The notes under the pieces were generated by a model, which was not told where the DNA came from, did not search any database, and saw nothing but the letters and a program-made list of their open reading frames with translations. The position numbers were made by a program, and so were the translations under genes. From sequence record MW349129.1: DNA of 64,000 bases; one strand, written 5' to 3'. Every line of letters starts with the position of its first letter. The stretch's first letter is position 1. This document shows positions 58,531 to 64,000 of the stretch, in pieces.

Positions 58531-58550
58531 AAATATATATTATAAAAATG
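58531..58550 (+). promoter_or_regulatory. Putative early promoter
   Basis: AAATATATATTAT-AAAAAT-G plus hairpin ATCCCAATACTA/TAGTATTGGGAT. Confidence 0.75.
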
Positions 58551-58595
58551 TTATCCCAATACTATTAAATTAGTATTGGGATTATTATACTAAAA

Positions 58596-59414
58596 TTGGA
58601 GATGAAATGGATAATGACAAAATATTTTATAGATAAAGAGAAAGATGAATTAATTGAAATTGATAGGAATTATCTTAACCGATATGAATATATTGCATAT
58701 GTATTAACTACTATGGATATTAATAATCTTTTAAGTAGTAAAGGATATGCTAAATCTTTCATAGATAATATTTCTAAAGAAGAAGATTATATGAATTTTC
58801 ATTATAAAGAAATTGATAATGATATTTATTTTATAGACAAACATAATAAAAATGATGCTCTTAAAAGATTTAATACTAATTTTCATATTAATTTTAATAC
58901 TAGTAGAATGGATAAAATTGAAAGTGGAGAATTTAAATTAGATTTTTATTTTGAAAATTCATTATATAAAAAATATTTCAATGTAATTACTAATGGTTTA
59001 GTAAATAAAAATAATTTAGTTAATGAAGGAATAAATGAAAAAACGAGAGCTTTTATACATGTTAAATCATTTGAAAAAGGTTTATATGATATCAAATATA
59101 GTAATGAATTATTTACGGACGTAAATTTTCCAATACCTGCATTTGAGAAAAATCCTATTATTAAATTTATAGAAGATTTTAAGGATTTATTCTTTATCAT
59201 ATTATATCAGAATAATCTTAGTGTATTAATGTCTCTTTATGAGATTAAATATATGTATAAAGATGATATAGAATTTTATATTAGTTTCTCCAGTAAGGGT
59301 GGCGGTTTAATTAATTTATTAGATCTAATAGAAAGTGATGAAAATGATTTATTTAAAGAAATTAAAACCGAAAAAGAAATGAAAGCTTTTAAAGTTAGAA
59401 AAGGATTCAAATAA
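58596..59414 (+). CDS. Tag-family protein
   Basis: Ends FKEIKTEKEMKAFKVRKGFK; the start may be a few codons downstream. Confidence 0.8.
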   Translation: MEMKWIMTKYFIDKEKDELIEIDRNYLNRYEYIAYVLTTMDINNLLSSKGYAKSFIDNISKEEDYMNFHYKEIDNDIYFIDKHNKNDALKRFNTNFHINFNTSRMDKIESGEFKLDFYFENSLYKKYFNVITNGLVNKNNLVNEGINEKTRAFIHVKSFEKGLYDIKYSNELFTDVNFPIPAFEKNPIIKFIEDFKDLFFIILYQNNLSVLMSLYEIKYMYKDDIEFYISFSSKGGGLINLLDLIESDENDLFKEIKTEKEMKAFKVRKGFK

Positions 59415-59435
59415 TATAAAGAAAGGATTTTCATA

Positions 59436-60176
59436 ATGGAATACAATAATTATTATAGATATAAATTAGATGGAAAAATACTTCACTTTGATATGGATAG
59501 AACTGATTTACGTAGAGATAAATTGGCTGAAATATTTACTAAAGTTAAGATGGAATATATTTATAAAGATGAAAAAATGATTAAAGAACCAAGAAACTTT
59601 ATTTACCGATCTAATCTTTCTTTAGAGTATTCTCATTTTAAAGATAAGGTATGTGAAATCAGACAAATTTCTAAAATAATGGGTAAAAACTATTTAAAAG
59701 ATTTATTAATTTACGATACAGATATTAGTTTAAGTTTTAATTCTATTTTAGATGGAGCTATATTTAAAAAAGATTTTCCAGAAGGATCTTTTCATGACAA
59801 AATAGAAAGTAATATGAATAGAAAATATTTAATTTTAAGTGATAATATAAGTCATACTAGTGAAAATTTTGTTGATTTAAATGATAAAGATTATATTTTA
59901 AATTTTGAAGAAGTAGAATTGCTGATCAAAGAATTTAATAGAACTCTTTTAAATTATCTTATGGATTTAATGAGCTATGGAGATTTAAAATTAAATGTTA
60001 GGAAATCAGATTTAGCATATTTTATGACAGGAATATATACAAAAATGGAAGAACACGAAGATAAATTATTCCCTATATTTGATTATAAATTTTTACTTAA
60101 TGAATCTGGATTATTTGAAGAGATTACAGATGAGAAAGTTATTAAAGAATATTTAGTGAAAAATAATTTTAAATAA
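59436..60176 (+). CDS. Tag-family protein
   Basis: Ends FEEITDEKVIKEYLVKNNFK. Confidence 0.85.
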   Translation: MEYNNYYRYKLDGKILHFDMDRTDLRRDKLAEIFTKVKMEYIYKDEKMIKEPRNFIYRSNLSLEYSHFKDKVCEIRQISKIMGKNYLKDLLIYDTDISLSFNSILDGAIFKKDFPEGSFHDKIESNMNRKYLILSDNISHTSENFVDLNDKDYILNFEEVELLIKEFNRTLLNYLMDLMSYGDLKLNVRKSDLAYFMTGIYTKMEEHEDKLFPIFDYKFLLNESGLFEEITDEKVIKEYLVKNNFK

Positions 60177-60192
60177 AAGGAGAAATAATATA

Positions 60193-60972
60193 ATGAGTAT
60201 AAATAAAAGTTATACAAAATATTTTTTAAGCAAAATGACAGACGAATTATTTTCAGTCACTAATTTATCCAGATATGGTATAAATGAAGATCATTTATAT
60301 CTACCTTATTTACTTCCTAACTTACAAATAAAAAGTGAAGAAATAACTATATCGTCTGAAGAGATTGTTGATAAAGGTGGCAATGGAAAGAATTTATATT
60401 CAGGAACTATATCAATTGGATATATTTTCCCAATTATCAAATATAGTGTTAATAATAAAAATTCAATGAATATGCTTATTATTGATTTTGATATTATTTT
60501 CAACGAAGAAATAGAAAATGAAAACTATTTAAAAGTTAAAATTGAAAGCCCATATGATTCAGATATAAATTCAATATTTTTTAATAACGTTATTGGTAAT
60601 ATATTAGACGAATCCAATTCTTTAAAAATACCTTTTAGATTGCATATAAATAGTATGGAAGACTTAATATCAGATTTTAATAATAGTAAAGAAAATAATT
60701 TTAAAAATAATAAAGATTTATATCAAATATTAGTTAAAGTGAATAGTTCTATATTGGAAATTTTATCACAAATTAGAGATCATTTTAATATAGAATTCTT
60801 TGTTTCAGATTCCTGTTTCTCACATATACCAATAATTGATAAGAGAAATAATAAGGATATGGATGATAAATATTATAATTTATTTGATGAGTATAGAATA
60901 TCTGGTGTATTTGAAGAAATTACGGATGAAAGAGTCATTAAAAAATACTTAGTGAAAAATAATTTTAAATAA
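60193..60972 (+). CDS. Tag-family protein
   Basis: Ends FEEITDERVIKKYLVKNNFK. Confidence 0.85.
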   Translation: MSINKSYTKYFLSKMTDELFSVTNLSRYGINEDHLYLPYLLPNLQIKSEEITISSEEIVDKGGNGKNLYSGTISIGYIFPIIKYSVNNKNSMNMLIIDFDIIFNEEIENENYLKVKIESPYDSDINSIFFNNVIGNILDESNSLKIPFRLHINSMEDLISDFNNSKENNFKNNKDLYQILVKVNSSILEILSQIRDHFNIEFFVSDSCFSHIPIIDKRNNKDMDDKYYNLFDEYRISGVFEEITDERVIKKYLVKNNFK

Positions 60973-60986
60973 AGGAGATCAATATA

Positions 60987-61784
60987 ATGAGTGCAATTAA
61001 AAGTGATAAAAAGTATTTCTTATGTAAAATAAATGATGAATTATTTGAAGTTGATAATAAAAATAATAGATGGCCATTTTTATATGATTATTTACCTTTA
61101 ATAATAGCTGAAAAAATAATTAATTCAGATGAAAAAGACTCATATGAAACTAGTGCATTAGATGTGCATTATAAAAAAGAAGATAATGTGATTACAGGAA
61201 ATTTAAGATTTTTATCAAGATGTTTACCTCCTGTCCTTTACAATGTTAATGATAAAAATTCATTTGAAACAATTATAACTCTTGCAGATTTTAAGTTTAA
61301 AAGAGATATCACTAAATCTCCATTTAGCATAGATAAGAATAGTGCTATTGACAAAATACTATTTACAATGGAACCTATACAAAATGAAATTGATGCAGCT
61401 TTATTTAATAGTATTATAAAAGATATTTTAAACGAAGAAGATGAAATAGAATTAGAAAGATTTATATTAGTTGATAATATTGAAAAATTATTAAATGAAA
61501 TTCAAGAACAGAATATAAAACATCATGATGAATTTAGAGGTTTAATTTCAGATATATTCAATAATTATCTTAATATATTAAAATCATTAAGACATCATTT
61601 TAATATTGAATTTTTCTTTGCTAAAACTTCTTTTTTAGATATGCTAAATATCTATGATTATGATGCCATTATTAATGATAGCTATAAAATAAATATTTTT
61701 GAAGGCGATTTAGATGTTATATTTGAAGAGATTACGGATGAGAAAGTTATTAAAAAATACTTAGTGAAAAATAATTTTAAATAA
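60987..61784 (+). CDS. Tag-family protein
   Basis: Ends FEEITDEKVIKKYLVKNNFK. Confidence 0.85.
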   Translation: MSAIKSDKKYFLCKINDELFEVDNKNNRWPFLYDYLPLIIAEKIINSDEKDSYETSALDVHYKKEDNVITGNLRFLSRCLPPVLYNVNDKNSFETIITLADFKFKRDITKSPFSIDKNSAIDKILFTMEPIQNEIDAALFNSIIKDILNEEDEIELERFILVDNIEKLLNEIQEQNIKHHDEFRGLISDIFNNYLNILKSLRHHFNIEFFFAKTSFLDMLNIYDYDAIINDSYKINIFEGDLDVIFEEITDEKVIKKYLVKNNFK

Positions 61785-61840
61785 AATTAAAAATTTATAG
61801 TAACGGAATTATATTTACCAATAGGAGTTGAAACTGGATA

Positions 61841-64000
61841 ATGAAGATTAAAAGATTAAAGTTAAAGAATTTTATCGGTATTTATGCTGGTATGGGGTTA
61901 AAAGAAGTTGAAATTGATTTTAGTAAAAGTAAAAATAATATGATAATGCTTCTTGGAGATAACGCTTCAGGTAAAACAACTATTATGTCTAACCTTAATC
62001 CGTACAGAGAAACTAATGATCAACGTAAAACTATAGTATTAGAAGATGAAAAAGGATTAAAAGAAATTGAGTATATTAAAGATAATGATGTTTATGAAAT
62101 TAAACATCATTATGGAAAAAATAGTTCTCAAAATAAATCATTCATCAAGAAGAATGGTGAAGAACTTAATGAAAATGGCGGTATTAAATTATTCAATGAA
62201 ATAGTGGATAAAGAATTAGGTGTATCTAAAGATTACTTTACTGTGGGACGTTTAGGTGATAATGTATCAAACTTTATCGATTATACTACAGGTGATCGTA
62301 AATCATACATTAATAAATTTGTACCTAATATTGATAGATATTTAGAAGCTTATAAAGTAGCTAATGAGAAATTAAAAATCATTACTAAAGATTTAAAATC
62401 ACTTAGGTTTGATTTAGATAAATATAAAGAATTTGATGAAATTAAAAAAGAAAAAGAGAATTTAGAAACTTTAATTGATCAATTACAAAATGAACTTGAT
62501 GAAGCTAATAAAGATAAAACAACTCATGAAACTAAAATGAACTCTATCATGGAAGATAAATACAAAGAGATTCATCCAACTGAATATAAAAATCAATTAA
62601 TTAATGAAGTTAATGAACTTAATCAAGAATTAGAAAAAGAAAGAAAGTTAAAAGAAGATAATGAGAATTTAAATAAATATACTATTGAATCTGCTAATGA
62701 GAAAAAAGATAAAATAGATACTATATTAAATAATACTAATAATGAGTTAACTTCTGTTGAAAAAGATAAAGAAAATAATCAAGATAAATTAGATGACTTA
62801 ATTAGTAGAAAATCTAAAATAGAATCTCGTATGAATGCTATCAAGTTTAATGAAGATTATGACGCTTCTGATGAAATTGATTCAATTCTTGAAGGTTATA
62901 AAGAGGATTTAGAAAGTATTAAAGATGATGTAGATATTTCTAGAGGGTCTTTTGTAAGTGAATTCGGTTTACAAATTAAAGATAATATTAAAGAGGATTC
63001 ATTAAGATTATATGTAAATGATTTAATTTCTAAAATAGATAACTTTAGAGAATTTATTAATGATAATGAGTTTAAATATGATTCTATTCGTGGAGATTTT
63101 GAAAGTGAAATTAAAGATAATAATGAAAAAATTTCTATGAACCAGAATGAATTTAATGAAATTAATACTAAGCTTAATCAAATTAAAGGTAAATCAGACT
63201 TATTAAAAATATTAGATCAAAAAGATCATGAACACTATAATGAATGTGTATTTGTTCCTTTAGTAGCTGACTTTAAAGATAATGAATTTGATTCAATCTC
63301 TGAATTAGAAAGTAAAGGTAATCAACTTTATAAAGATAATCAAGAATTAGAAAAAGATAATAAACTATTATCTAATCATATTGACTTATTACGTAAATTT
63401 AATGATATACTTACTAGTAGAAATAGTTTAATTGAATATATTGGATTTGAAATAATTGATATTGATAGTATTGAAGAAATATTCACTAATGGTAATACAT
63501 TCTCCAGTGAACTAAATAGTCTTAATTCATTAATTGAAAAGACAAATGAAATTCGTACTAATGAAACTAATAGAGACAGATTAACTATTGAATTAGAAAG
63601 AAAAGAAAATGCTCTTAAAGAAGATTATTCTAATAAGAAAATATTAGATCAATATAAAGAAGATAAAGAAGATTTAATTAAACAAATTGAAGGAATTAAA
63701 AATAAAAATAATGAGATTTCTGAAAATCTTAATTATCTTAATAGTCGTAAAGAAAAAGCTGTTACTAACTTAAATATTATTAATGAATTTATTAATCTAA
63801 CAGAGAGATCTGAAGAAATTAAATTAAAAATAAAAGATAAAAATGATATAGTTGATGATATTGATAAAGATCTTTCAAAATTAAGTAATTTGTACGAACT
63901 TAATCAAAAAGCAGACAATAAGATTCAATCTATTAAAGATAATTTAACTATGAAGAAGAATGATTTAGAATCTACTAAAGAAAAATACTTTGCAGTTAAT
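61841..64000 (+). CDS. sbcC: SbcC/Rad50-like ATPase (truncated by the window end)
   Basis: MKIKRLKLKNFIG..LLGDNASGKTT Walker A followed by a long coiled coil; AGGAG SD. Confidence 0.85.
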   Translation, partial: MKIKRLKLKNFIGIYAGMGLKEVEIDFSKSKNNMIMLLGDNASGKTTIMSNLNPYRETNDQRKTIVLEDEKGLKEIEYIKDNDVYEIKHHYGKNSSQNKSFIKKNGEELNENGGIKLFNEIVDKELGVSKDYFTVGRLGDNVSNFIDYTTGDRKSYINKFVPNIDRYLEAYKVANEKLKIITKDLKSLRFDLDKYKEFDEIKKEKENLETLIDQLQNELDEANKDKTTHETKMNSIMEDKYKEIHPTEYKNQLINEVNELNQELEKERKLKEDNENLNKYTIESANEKKDKIDTILNNTNNELTSVEKDKENNQDKLDDLISRKSKIESRMNAIKFNEDYDASDEIDSILEGYKEDLESIKDDVDISRGSFVSEFGLQIKDNIKEDSLRLYVNDLISKIDNFREFINDNEFKYDSIRGDFESEIKDNNEKISMNQNEFNEINTKLNQIKGKSDLLKILDQKDHEHYNECVFVPLVADFKDNEFDSISELESKGNQLYKDNQELEKDNKLLSNHIDLLRKFNDILTSRNSLIEYIGFEIIDIDSIEEIFTNGNTFSSELNSLNSLIEKTNEIRTNETNRDRLTIELERKENALKEDYSNKKILDQYKEDKEDLIKQIEGIKNKNNEISENLNYLNSRKEKAVTNLNIINEFINLTERSEEIKLKIKDKNDIVDDIDKDLSKLSNLYELNQKADNKIQSIKDNLTMKKNDLESTKEKYFAVN

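Noticed and set aside
60110-61790. CRISPR array or integron attC sites
   Set aside because: The period is about 800 bp, repeats are protein-coding and non-palindromic, and no cas or integrase gene is present.
1-64000. tRNA/rRNA genes, nucleus-shell or tubulin genes
   Set aside because: None recognisable; intergenic gaps are short and accounted for by promoters and hairpins. Absence from this window says nothing about the rest of the genome.

Overview
A 64 kb segment of a very AT-rich jumbo myophage genome of the AR9/PBS1 and Staphylococcus jumbo phage type. A Firmicute host, probably Staphylococcus, is inferred from SD usage, the nrdIEF operon and an OatA-like domain. In order, the window holds: (1) a class Ib RNR operon (nrdI-nrdE-orf-nrdF) and a probable beta-prime C-terminal RNAP fragment; (2) a contractile-tail module with sheath, tube, a gp48/54-like protein and two paralogous ~2000-aa tail proteins carrying lysozyme+NlpC/P60 and M23+SGNH domains; (3) MazG-like and HU-like genes, an almost pure A/T divergent intergenic region and a RecD2/Dda helicase; (4) a gp53-like baseplate gene and a MoxR AAA+/vWA pair; (5) a split family-B DNA polymerase with a 186-nt group I intron; (6) an RNAP beta-prime subunit whose DFDG/D active-site motif is split by a 1472-nt group I intron with a homing endonuclease in the P1 loop; (7) the start of sbcC. 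The most striking unexplained feature is that 24 of about 39 plus-strand ORFs between 28.5 and 61.8 kb, mostly unrelated in their cores, end in the same C-terminal tag (approximately E-x-x-D-E-K-E-I-K-x-Y-L-[VT]-K-x-[NG]-F-[KRI]-stop). Two phage promoter classes can be read from the DNA: an early-type AAATATATATTAT-N5-T-R (8 exact copies, usually followed at once by a 5-prime hairpin) and a late-type AACA-N6-TA. All calls come from reading motifs by eye; no searches were run.
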